Source: a virus. From it: a stretch of 64,000 nt of DNA. Under the pieces are notes generated by a model, which saw only the letters and a list, made by a program, of their open reading frames with translations, was not told the DNA's origin and ran no database searches. Made by a program: the position numbers and the translations under genes. The DNA lies in IMG/VR virus record IMGVR_UViG_3300025009_000052, one strand, 5' to 3'. Below, one piece after another: positions 55,744-64,000 of the stretch. How positions within the stretch are numbered: position 1 is the stretch's first letter; each line of letters starts with the position of its first letter.

Positions 55744-55950
55744 CTACTTTATAGAGTTTTTAGATACTCTAAATGATTTTTCTTTTTTTACTAAATCGTG
55801 TAATTCCCATACTTTATCAGATTCTTCCTCAACTCCAGAGTAGATTTCCGACTCCATCAAAACTTCGGTCATATCATTTAATATTTCAATTCTATTATGT
55901 AAAGAAATCGATAATATTCTTAATTGGTCATCACTAAATTTACTAAACAT
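55744..55950 (-). CDS. Hypothetical early protein
   Basis: 68 aa, AAGGAGG RBS. Confidence 0.6.
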   Translation of the reverse strand: MFSKFSDDQLRILSISLHNRIEILNDMTEVLMESEIYSGVEEESDKVWELHDLVKKEKSFRVSKNSIK

Positions 55951-55962
55951 AATTGCCTCCTT

Positions 55963-55999
55963 AAAAAAAGAGGCGGTACGCCGATGAAAACGTACCGCC
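55963..55999 (-). terminator. GC-rich terminator/attenuator hairpin immediately before an RBS
   Basis: GGCGGTACG / CGTACCGCC 9-bp stem followed by TC and T7 on the - strand. Confidence 0.7.
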
Positions 56000-56065
56000 C
56001 AATATCATCGGTCAGAGAATACCACTCCTTCCCTTCCAGTTCTGTGGCTGAAGTCTCTGTAGCTT

Positions 56066-56245
56066 CTAAAATTCGTCTTCTTCTGTCTTTTCTAAGCCGC
56101 CTTCTCTTAATTCATCTAAGAATTTTCCAAAAGCTTCGGCTTCTTCGTCAGTGCAGGTTTCTATTTCTTCAGCATTTTTATCCTCTATTTCCTGCTCTGT
56201 AAGTTCCCTTTCTGTATATTCTTGTTCGATGGACTTATCTTTCAT
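56066..56245 (-). CDS. Highly acidic 59-aa early protein (not in ORF track)
   Basis: MKDKSIEQEYTERELTEQEIEDKNAEEIETCTDEEAEAFGKFLDELREGGLEKTEEDEF. GGAG RBS, directly after a sigma70 promoter. Confidence 0.7.
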   Translation of the reverse strand: MKDKSIEQEYTERELTEQEIEDKNAEEIETCTDEEAEAFGKFLDELREGGLEKTEEDEF

Positions 56246-56263
56246 TGTGTCTCCGATATATTC

Positions 56264-56292
56264 ATACTAACACGGTATAATAAATAAGTCAA
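56264..56292 (-). promoter_or_regulatory. Class I host sigma70-type promoter
   Basis: TTGACT-17 nt-TAGTAT with TG extension. Confidence 0.75.
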
Positions 56293-56304
56293 CAACTATT
56301 TTGA

Positions 56305-57657
56305 TTATTTTTTGAATTTGTCGTATTCTGTTATTAACGACTTACCATCAAATAACCAACTTGTTTCGGCTTTTTTTCCATGTGGGTGTCTTTCGGCCTT
56401 AATTCTAACGCCTAAATGCTGATTGGTTTGTGGGTGTCTAACGTCTTCTATTGAATACCCAGGCTCTCCACCTAATGCTTGTATTAAGTGTCTCTGTCTC
56501 ATCTCAGTATGTTTAGGATTTGAACCAATGCTTGTGCCAGATAAATGTAGATGCCGATCATTGTCGTTGATAATTTGCTTATTTAGATTAAGCAATGTAT
56601 TTCTAAATTCTGGATTTTTTTGAAGATTGTTTTTACGATCATAGATGTTCCATAATTTCCTATGGGTCGAATCCATATCCTGTGCGGTAACCGGTTTTTT
56701 CTTAAAGATCATGTGTTTTTGTTTCCAAACTAACTTACCATTATTTGCTTGATGCGCAATCTTATGATCAAATTTATTTTCTTTAAGTTGATTGTCTGGA
56801 TGTTCCATTCCAGCCTTGTCGTTATTGTCGAAACGCCAATTGCCATAATTATCTTGATAAGACTTTTTTAAACTAAGTGGTTGAAGTTTTCCGTATTTTT
56901 CTCTTTGATTTTTAAGTTCGTCCCACCCCTTACCTTTGTAAGCCACATAGCCACCTTCGTTAAATCCCCAGTTCGGAGCTAAAAACGCCATGGCGCAACG
57001 TTCATTTGGATGATTCCCCGAAATACTTGGAGTTGGGTCTCCTTTTTTGTGATATCCATGACTTAGCTCTGACAGTCTCCACGTTCGTGGGGTAACTCCG
57101 TCGGGTAATAGATATACACGTTTGCATTCGGAACATGTCCTCTCGTCATTGGAAACTATATAGAATACAACGGGATCATCAATTCCTTGCGATGCTCCTA
57201 CTTTAGCTATTTGCAAGGCTGTTCCCATATTAGCAGCCTTACTAGATTCACAATTGGCAATTAATTTAAAATGATTTTTGGCAGAATCTATTTCCTCATT
57301 AAACATCCCATGAATTGTTTGAGCATCAATTTTTTTATCTTTCGTAGTTTTATCCCTTATATATCCATCAATTCTATTAGTAACCTTGGCTTTGGTTTTT
57401 TGCTTGAGAGATTCGATATAACCATTTGCTATACGCAGCAACGATTTTAAAGTATCCTCTTCACTTTTATTTGGATCTTTAGTCCCAAGAGACTGTAAAA
57501 ATAAAGATGTTAGGCTGTTTTTAGATGTAGAAAAAATAATTTTCTTTTCTCTGCTAATTTTAGGAATTAATCCTAGAAACTCCAACGTAATTGGATCAAA
57601 TCTTTCATCTACTAATTTTTCTAAAGCCTCAATTGATTTTAAAGTTAGACCCTTCAT
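56305..57657 (-). CDS. MuF/SPP1 gp7-like head morphogenesis protein with C-terminal extension
   Basis: IA..E...A.N.G, DERTCSEC, HPNERC. About 185 extra residues follow 'LKKS'. Located downstream of the portal. Confidence 0.7.
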   Translation of the reverse strand: MKGLTLKSIEALEKLVDERFDPITLEFLGLIPKISREKKIIFSTSKNSLTSLFLQSLGTKDPNKSEEDTLKSLLRIANGYIESLKQKTKAKVTNRIDGYIRDKTTKDKKIDAQTIHGMFNEEIDSAKNHFKLIANCESSKAANMGTALQIAKVGASQGIDDPVVFYIVSNDERTCSECKRVYLLPDGVTPRTWRLSELSHGYHKKGDPTPSISGNHPNERCAMAFLAPNWGFNEGGYVAYKGKGWDELKNQREKYGKLQPLSLKKSYQDNYGNWRFDNNDKAGMEHPDNQLKENKFDHKIAHQANNGKLVWKQKHMIFKKKPVTAQDMDSTHRKLWNIYDRKNNLQKNPEFRNTLLNLNKQIINDNDRHLHLSGTSIGSNPKHTEMRQRHLIQALGGEPGYSIEDVRHPQTNQHLGVRIKAERHPHGKKAETSWLFDGKSLITEYDKFKK

Positions 57658-58253
57658 TATTTTACATCTAACCCGCTTGCAGCAATGATTTTAGAAATAT
57701 CGTTTGACTCTATTTCTTTTCTTTTATTGGCTTCGTCTTCCCATTTTTTCAAAACACTATCGACTATTTTCTTTTGCGAGGACTCTATTTGCTTTTTGCT
57801 TCTTTGTATCTTATCTTTCTGCGATTTTCTCAACTCAGCCAATTTCAAAACAGCTTCTCTCATAGAGAGAACGGTAGGTTTCTCACCCTTTTGAACCAGT
57901 GATTCTAATTCTTGAATATGTTGGTCTAACTGACTAGCGTCCTGACCATCTTGGGGCTCTTCCACCATTTGGTCATCTTGCGATGGGTCTTGGCCCATTT
58001 CTTGGCCCATTTCCTGTTCCTGCATTGCTTGCTCCTCTTCTGGAGAAACTGGTTGGCCATTTGGATCAACTTGTCCCTGGGCCATTTGCTGTTGTTGCAT
58101 CAACATTTGTTGGGCTTGCTGAGCCTGTTGCTGTTGGGCTTGTTTTTGGGCCTCGTCAAATCCTTTTTCGTACCCTAACCTAAAGGAAACATCCATATTT
58201 TCCAGCATTTTTGATCTTAATTCGAGGTATTTTGTTTTGTAATCTAGTGCCAT
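57657..58253 (-). CDS. Gln-rich head-associated hypothetical protein
   Basis: Poly-Q/acidic middle and coiled-coil ends. Lies between portal and MuF. Confidence 0.6.
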   Translation of the reverse strand: MALDYKTKYLELRSKMLENMDVSFRLGYEKGFDEAQKQAQQQQAQQAQQMLMQQQQMAQGQVDPNGQPVSPEEEQAMQEQEMGQEMGQDPSQDDQMVEEPQDGQDASQLDQHIQELESLVQKGEKPTVLSMREAVLKLAELRKSQKDKIQRSKKQIESSQKKIVDSVLKKWEDEANKRKEIESNDISKIIAASGLDVK

Positions 58254-58264
58254 TTTATCTCCTA

Positions 58265-60055
58265 TTATTTATCACTTTCATCGTCCAAGTAATCTTTCAC
58301 AAGTACCTTAAGCGTATCGTATGTATTTTTTCTAGTAGCGTAATATGCCATTACTGCTGCTGGGTTAAATTGAGCTAATTGTGATATGTGTTGAAAAAAG
58401 AATTGATCTCTTTTGTATTTTAAAATAGGGTCAACAAAAGAAGCTGGGCTCTCTGTTAATTCCCCAATAACCCTAGAGGTATCCATATAGGTATCAAAAA
58501 TTTGGCGAATCATTATGTTAAATGGTATTTTCCCACCCAAATGAGTTCCTATCTGTTCTTTTTCAACCTCTTCCATTATTGCGTCATAGTTGTAATGGAG
58601 TGGTGCATCTTGCTGTAATCTTACCGACTCTTGCTGTTTAGTTTCAGCATCTAAACCAGATAGTGCAATATAGCAAAGCTGAGATAATTCTGGATCCATA
58701 ATAGGGAATAGCTTTTCATTTAAGAAATCCTGAATCTTTAAAATCAAGGGTCTTAGTCCGCCATCCCTAGAGGCCACCAATTTGTATTCATTGCTTGTTT
58801 CAGCCATCGAACTTTGGTTTGTGCCCCTAGACAAATGTTGGAAGCCAGGTAACTCGTCTGGACTCATATTAAATGCAGATAAAATATTTCTAGTTACCTG
58901 ATCGTATAAGAATTGAAACTCACCATCTCTTTTTTGATTAGAGGTTTGAGTCCAAGTAACCACATCTTCTTTACCTACACCAAAAATAGGGGTTCTAAAG
59001 CTATTACCAACGTCATTAATTGAAGCGTTGTATTGTTGTTTAATATCTTCCAAAACACTTTGGTCAATCTCGTCCGATTGGATAACCAACATTCCCCTAG
59101 CACCACGGCCATTTTGGAAGTAAAGCTTATTGTAAAGTTCAATTGATTGAAAAGTAGTTATAGAACTAACAATAGTGTCTAATGGAGGAACTGGGTAGCC
59201 ATTATGCTCAACGTCTGAGGATGGGAATAAATTATAAACCAACATTTCTTCTGGAGCAAAAGCTTGTCTGGGCATTCCGTCTATTACTTGGACCCATGCA
59301 TACTCATCTTCTTCAAATTTCTTTTTATCAATTTTTTTATACTCAATATCACCAGTAATACTTTCTAATAAAGAAAGGGACGACATTCTAATTGATTCAG
59401 CAGTTTCGCCCTTTTTAACCGTAGGGTAAATAGTTCCAGCATCGGCAGGTCTAAACCTATGGAATTCTTTAGTATTGGTGTCGTAAATAATTTCAGTTGA
59501 GAATCTACCAAACGAAAGTCCGTTTCTAGCGCTTAAATCTAAAAACTCAGATAGGGTCATTTTTTCGTCTTCTTTAACCCCTTCCGTATTACCACAATTA
59601 ATCAATAATTTAGTAAAATTATCAATTCTTTCTTGAATTTTAACCATTTGTTCTGGTTCAATAAAATCTTTAAAATCACCTCTTACGTCTACCTTAATAC
59701 CCACATCAAAGCGGTCTTTTTTAGGGTGACCCATCATTGATAACGCATTGCCTCTAGTTCTTAAGATAGCGGCAATTAAAAGGTTCTTAACCCTAATATC
59801 TTTAATTACAGCGTCGGGAAGTAGATCCCTCTTGATCTTATATATCCCAGCATAATTATTGTAATTATTGGGTTTTTCCATAAAAGCAAGTCTAGGAACA
59901 TGCTTATTATTGTTGGAAGAACCCGTAGCTTTTTTAATAAAATCCATCATAGTAGGATTAGCAGAAGAACTCTTCATAATAATATCGTTTAGGTCGTCCT
60001 GGGCGTTTTGGATTTCTGATTGAGCATAGGTAATAGTATGTTTTTTATCTGCCAT
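58265..60055 (-). CDS. Portal protein
   Basis: GYPVPPLD, YFQNG..ARGML, RDGEFQ, SAFNMSPDELPG, GLRPL...Q..LN. Located downstream of terminase. Confidence 0.85.
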   Translation of the reverse strand: MADKKHTITYAQSEIQNAQDDLNDIIMKSSSANPTMMDFIKKATGSSNNNKHVPRLAFMEKPNNYNNYAGIYKIKRDLLPDAVIKDIRVKNLLIAAILRTRGNALSMMGHPKKDRFDVGIKVDVRGDFKDFIEPEQMVKIQERIDNFTKLLINCGNTEGVKEDEKMTLSEFLDLSARNGLSFGRFSTEIIYDTNTKEFHRFRPADAGTIYPTVKKGETAESIRMSSLSLLESITGDIEYKKIDKKKFEEDEYAWVQVIDGMPRQAFAPEEMLVYNLFPSSDVEHNGYPVPPLDTIVSSITTFQSIELYNKLYFQNGRGARGMLVIQSDEIDQSVLEDIKQQYNASINDVGNSFRTPIFGVGKEDVVTWTQTSNQKRDGEFQFLYDQVTRNILSAFNMSPDELPGFQHLSRGTNQSSMAETSNEYKLVASRDGGLRPLILKIQDFLNEKLFPIMDPELSQLCYIALSGLDAETKQQESVRLQQDAPLHYNYDAIMEEVEKEQIGTHLGGKIPFNIMIRQIFDTYMDTSRVIGELTESPASFVDPILKYKRDQFFFQHISQLAQFNPAAVMAYYATRKNTYDTLKVLVKDYLDDESDK

Positions 60056-60062
60056 ATTTCAC

Positions 60063-61019
60063 CTATTCTGCTGTTATACAGTAAACCCTACAAATATCAG
60101 TAGTTGGGTTTTCAATTGTTAAACTAGTTATATTGGATTTAGTTAAAAACATACCTGGCTTAACCACTCCATTGATAGAAAAGGGCTCTATAATATTTGT
60201 TACTACTGACCCATTTATTTTAATATTTAATTTACCGTCTGATTCGATATAAACAAATTGTTGGCTAGATTGGTATATTGAAATAGCACTAGGAGAATTA
60301 CTTACAGCAGTTTCACTTGGCAAAACACCAATTGAACTAAACTCTATATAGTCATGACTTACGTCTGTAATTTCATAAGTTCCTTGACTAACTAAGCTAA
60401 ACCCATCTACGATGGCTAATTTATCACCAATTTGAACACCGGCGGAAGTATATATATTAACCTGTTGATCAAAATCCGCACCTAAAACAATTGATGACTC
60501 TTCTACTCCCGTTTCGTTTTCAATACTAAAAGAAGTAGCGCTTCTGGCTATAATTTTAAACTCACCTTGATTACTTTGGTTAAATAATGTACCGATTCTA
60601 ACTCTGTCACCAACCTGTACTAATCCGGTGACTAAACTAAAAGCGGTTCCAGAGGTAGAGGTAAATGTCAATACTTTACCATTTTTAGTAACGCTAACTT
60701 CGGTATCGGCAGCAGCTCCAGAAACCCTAGGTGTTCTAAAAAGAGGGGCGGTTCCTGAATTATGAGAGATTACATATATACTGGAAGTACCTGATTTTAA
60801 AGCAATATCATATGTAGTGGTAGCGTCGCTATTTAAAGAAACGGATCCAGAAAACAAATTTAAAGATTCTCCAGAAGCTAAAGAAATCAATTTACTAACC
60901 GGTTGATCTATTTCTAAACCTAAATATTCCCTATGCCACTTGAAGGAATTTAAGGTAGGATCGTTTTGATTATCGTTTTCATATCCATTCATGTGTACGA
61001 TTAGATTCATTTTACTCAT
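60063..61019 (-). CDS. Virion structural protein
   Basis: Beta-rich, with two N/SQG(E/T)(F/Y).I repeats shared with baseplate proteins. Class III motif at 61049-61056. Confidence 0.55.
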   Translation of the reverse strand: MSKMNLIVHMNGYENDNQNDPTLNSFKWHREYLGLEIDQPVSKLISLASGESLNLFSGSVSLNSDATTTYDIALKSGTSSIYVISHNSGTAPLFRTPRVSGAAADTEVSVTKNGKVLTFTSTSGTAFSLVTGLVQVGDRVRIGTLFNQSNQGEFKIIARSATSFSIENETGVEESSIVLGADFDQQVNIYTSAGVQIGDKLAIVDGFSLVSQGTYEITDVSHDYIEFSSIGVLPSETAVSNSPSAISIYQSSQQFVYIESDGKLNIKINGSVVTNIIEPFSINGVVKPGMFLTKSNITSLTIENPTTDICRVYCITAE

Positions 61020-61112
61020 TTTTTCTCCAAAAATTAAAGGTCACTAGTTAAAGATTGGTATTATTAACCCAAATACCAATTAAAATCACTATTTTTTCGA
61101 TAAAAAACATAT

Positions 61113-64000
61113 TTATATCCACAGAATCTTCTTTTTGTTGACATTTTGAGTAGGTTTAGGACTATTTGTCGCCAAACTACTAATTTGTTGTTGCATAATT
61201 TGTTGGTTAGTGTTTTTAGCAACTTCCTGTAAGGGTTTGTGTGTTTCCACCTTAACAGGTTTAGGAGAAGTTTCAGGTTTAACAGTGTGGCACGAAATTT
61301 TAACACCACTTTTACAAAAAAGATTCTGAAAAGGATACCTAATCGCATCCATAATATCAGCTATTCCATCAGTATCGTGATATGGCTTACCTTCAACTGT
61401 ATCTCCACTGCCATCTAAACTCCAACGATATTCACCAAAAGAATTAATAATTATTTGGTTGACCGGTGTTTTTAAAACAAAGAAAGATCTTTTATTGTTA
61501 CTATCAACTATCTTACCTTGTACCGCTGCAATACCGTCCTCAACTACTTTTTTAAATTTAGGACATTTCATTCCTTTTCTTTTAAAAGTTTTAATATAGG
61601 CAGGGTAGGCTTGGTCAACAAACCATTTGGATATCCCATAGTTCTCTTGTAATTCAGAGGCGTATTTAACAATATCATCTAATTCTAGTTTATTTTCTAT
61701 AAAAGAGTCTACCAACCAAACATCTCCATTGGGTAATAAAGCCAATACGATTAGGGCAGTATAGTCCGTATATCCCCAGTCGGCACCACCTATAAATTGA
61801 ATACCCAAATCTTTTAGTTGCTTAATTAAATACTCAAAAGGATTTAAAACGCCATCTGGAATCTCTTCTCCGATAAACCTTAAAACAGCTTGCTCAGCAG
61901 TTAGGGTGTTTAGTTCATCTATAAATCTAGGATAAACCAGTCCAGAGGCCGAGGGTTTGTTACAGAGTAACTGTGCGTCGGCCATGTCGATAGGGGTGGT
62001 TTTAAAGTTGTTGTGGACGGCAACGGCGGATTTAAACAGACCCCCATGAGCATCTTGTGGTCGGTCAACCAGATAGTTTCTCATAACAGATAGCATTTTG
62101 TGTTTGGCTATTCCGGCATATGCTTCAAATTTTTCATATCTATTTTTTTGCTCGTCGTTAAGGGCTTCCCACTCTTCTGGAGATAAATTTTCCATAGGAA
62201 GGTCACGGGAAATATAGCGAGTAACTTTGGGCTCATCTATTTTAGCGGTTTCGTGAGTAATTCTCTCGCAAACATCTAAGATATTCCATCTTAAGATTTC
62301 ACCACCGGCTTTTTCAACTTCCTTAAGCGTCTTCTCCATGAGACCACCGCTATACTTACGGGTACTTAGGTACACCGTGAGAGGGAAAAACCCTTGATAT
62401 GTAGACGGTATCATCTTCGCTTCTTTTAGGGCTGTTGGGTTTTGAACAACGTCAACCTCGTCAATACAGTTATGGACTAAATATTGGTTAGCAAAAAAAT
62501 TATTATTGTCTTGAACCGTAAAGTCATACGAATCCTGTATCCCTATTGATTCTATTTTTAATATCTCACCTATGTGTAGTTGATTTTTATTAATATTTTG
62601 ACAAGTTACTGAGTAACAGCTATGTGCATGATTATGAGTTTCCTTAGTGGTAAATTCGTTTCCACAGTATTTACACACTCTAATTGTCTTTTCAATTACA
62701 TTTTTAAATTTATATATTAAGTCTGGGTGAATATAGTCTTTACATATTTTATATAATTTGTATTTTTCAGACACTCCTCCATGCAGTATCCAATAATCCT
62801 CTCCACCCTTGTAATTCTTTCTTGACTGGACAGAGACGTCTATGTTAAAATTCTTCTTTAGAACTTGTCTTAATAAATCATTCTGTTCATAAGTAAAAGA
62901 CTGTGTGTGGAACTCTAAAGACATAGAGTTACTACCATCGTCCATAAACCAAATTGCCAACCCAAATGGGTTTAGCCTCCAAACCTTTTCGTCTATTTTT
63001 TTACGAAAATTAGCCCATTCATTTAACGAAGGTGAATTTCCCGTATACATCCTATATAATGGGGTTGATCCGTATCCCGGCTTTGTTTGGTAAAAACTTA
63101 CCTTATATTGTTTCTCAAGAATAGATTGTTTCCATTTTAAATACTGTATTTGGGCTTGACCATGTTGTTCTGCAAAATAAGCATTATTCCCCTTTCTTTT
63201 ATAACAGCCTCCATCGCCTAATAGAGAACCTAGTAATAATTGTTCAATCTCACTTGTTTCTATTTTTGGTACACTATACTCCGTGGACACCTTTTCTTTT
63301 ACTAACAAATCTACCTTAGAACTCTGCTTTCCTAGTTTAAGTAATTTATCACCAACCTTACAATCTTTTAGTGGTCTATATGTACCGTCTATACCACAAA
63401 CTTCATGACTGGCTCCTAATTGTAATGACCTACCATTCAATAACGTTACTTCAAATAACTCTTGCTGTTGTTTATAAGCATGGGTTATTTTTTTAAATTC
63501 AAATAAACCTGTTTGGTGGTTTAGAGAATACGCCTCTACATTGTCTCCCCTTATTATTCTTTTATAGAGAGCCATAGCAGATACGTTCCTACGAACTCTA
63601 TTGGTAGTAGAATTAGAGTTTTTACACATTACATCTACATTTCTCCCAATACACAGAATAGGTACATGTTCACTGTTAGCCCCTTGAATCGTACAGGTTA
63701 CTATGTTTAAATAAACAGTTTGGTTAGTTTCTGTAATCCATTCAATATATGTCTTACTATCAGAGCTTTTTTTCCAACCATGGTGTTCTAAATAAGGCCT
63801 AAGTTTTCTAAAAAAAGAGCTTACATATTGAATTGCCTTTGCTGATTGTTGCTTAATAGCTGCCATATGAGCCATTGGTATTCTAAGATGTATCATTAAT
63901 AAAACTTCGAGAGCAGCAGCAGAAAGTGTGTTGTGGCTGATACACCCATTAGACCAATAGGAGTGATCGTCCTCTACTGTTAGGTCAAAGAAATGCGCCG
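61113..64000 (-). CDS. Terminase large subunit with two inteins (5'-truncated by window)
   Basis: Frame stays open past 63896 to the window end. Walker B IDE, LSTR, RNase H-like nuclease GADWGYTD, FVDQA, ADIMDAIRY. Confidence 0.9.
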   Translation of the reverse strand, partial: AHFFDLTVEDDHSYWSNGCISHNTLSAAALEVLLMIHLRIPMAHMAAIKQQSAKAIQYVSSFFRKLRPYLEHHGWKKSSDSKTYIEWITETNQTVYLNIVTCTIQGANSEHVPILCIGRNVDVMCKNSNSTTNRVRRNVSAMALYKRIIRGDNVEAYSLNHQTGLFEFKKITHAYKQQQELFEVTLLNGRSLQLGASHEVCGIDGTYRPLKDCKVGDKLLKLGKQSSKVDLLVKEKVSTEYSVPKIETSEIEQLLLGSLLGDGGCYKRKGNNAYFAEQHGQAQIQYLKWKQSILEKQYKVSFYQTKPGYGSTPLYRMYTGNSPSLNEWANFRKKIDEKVWRLNPFGLAIWFMDDGSNSMSLEFHTQSFTYEQNDLLRQVLKKNFNIDVSVQSRKNYKGGEDYWILHGGVSEKYKLYKICKDYIHPDLIYKFKNVIEKTIRVCKYCGNEFTTKETHNHAHSCYSVTCQNINKNQLHIGEILKIESIGIQDSYDFTVQDNNNFFANQYLVHNCIDEVDVVQNPTALKEAKMIPSTYQGFFPLTVYLSTRKYSGGLMEKTLKEVEKAGGEILRWNILDVCERITHETAKIDEPKVTRYISRDLPMENLSPEEWEALNDEQKNRYEKFEAYAGIAKHKMLSVMRNYLVDRPQDAHGGLFKSAVAVHNNFKTTPIDMADAQLLCNKPSASGLVYPRFIDELNTLTAEQAVLRFIGEEIPDGVLNPFEYLIKQLKDLGIQFIGGADWGYTDYTALIVLALLPNGDVWLVDSFIENKLELDDIVKYASELQENYGISKWFVDQAYPAYIKTFKRKGMKCPKFKKVVEDGIAAVQGKIVDSNNKRSFFVLKTPVNQIIINSFGEYRWSLDGSGDTVEGKPYHDTDGIADIMDAIRYPFQNLFCKSGVKISCHTVKPETSPKPVKVETHKPLQEVAKNTNQQIMQQQISSLATNSPKPTQNVNKKKILWI
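62469..63653 (-). mobile_element. Intein (395 aa) with LAGLIDADG homing endonuclease, at terminase Walker B
   Basis: Starts C-IGRN, ends YDFTVQDNNNFFANQYLVHN, +1 residue Cys. Internal LLGSLLGDG and LAIWFMDDG. Confidence 0.9.
63930..64000 (-). mobile_element. C-terminal end of a second intein, at terminase Walker A
   Basis: Manual translation gives AHFFDLTVEDDHSYWSNGCISHN|TLSAAALE: intein blocks F/G and a +1 Thr. Confidence 0.85.

Noticed and set aside
55951-56065. tRNA or hammerhead ribozyme
   Set aside because: No cloverleaf or TTCGA T-loop, and the CUGANGA/GAAA core is not correctly formed.
55924-56202. 92-aa + strand ORF in the track
   Set aside because: It is antisense to a promoter- and RBS-supported acidic ORF and terminator on the - strand, so it is likely a shadow ORF.
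401-63093. Numerous short antisense or nested ORFs in the track (e.g. 401..604, 7339..7647, 18079..18411, 44465..44920, 57951..58178, 61064..61348)
   Set aside because: They lie within or opposite long, well-supported genes and have no recognisable motifs.
1-64000. Stop-codon reassignment
   Set aside because: Long genes are intact under the standard code, and TAA, TAG and TGA all end genes at tight junctions.

Overview
AT-rich 64-kb segment of a large lytic tailed dsDNA phage (contractile-tail, myovirus-like), standard genetic code. Positions 1-21.6 kb (+ strand) hold baseplate, tail tube and fibre genes, including a 1986-aa baseplate J-like protein and an inserted zinc-finger-repeat endonuclease. 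Positions 21.6-56.3 kb (mostly - strand) hold accessory genes and the replication/recombination/transcription block: primase, DnaB-like helicase, RecA, SSB, DnaE, two DnaQ-like exonucleases, RuvC, SbcC/SbcD, a UvsW-like helicase, a GroES-like protein, two sigma-like factors, three proteases and an inverted endolysin cassette. Positions 56.3-64 kb (- strand) hold head/packaging genes: MuF-like, portal, and a large terminase with two inteins. The most notable unannotated structure is a readable three-tier promoter system (host sigma70-type; WTRTGGTAT; AATCTTTA). It is matched by two divergent sigma-like genes that appear to lack region 4.2, plus a stand-alone region-4-like microprotein. No tRNA, rRNA, CRISPR array, integrase or reverse transcriptase was seen. 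All product calls come from manual motif recognition, not database searches.
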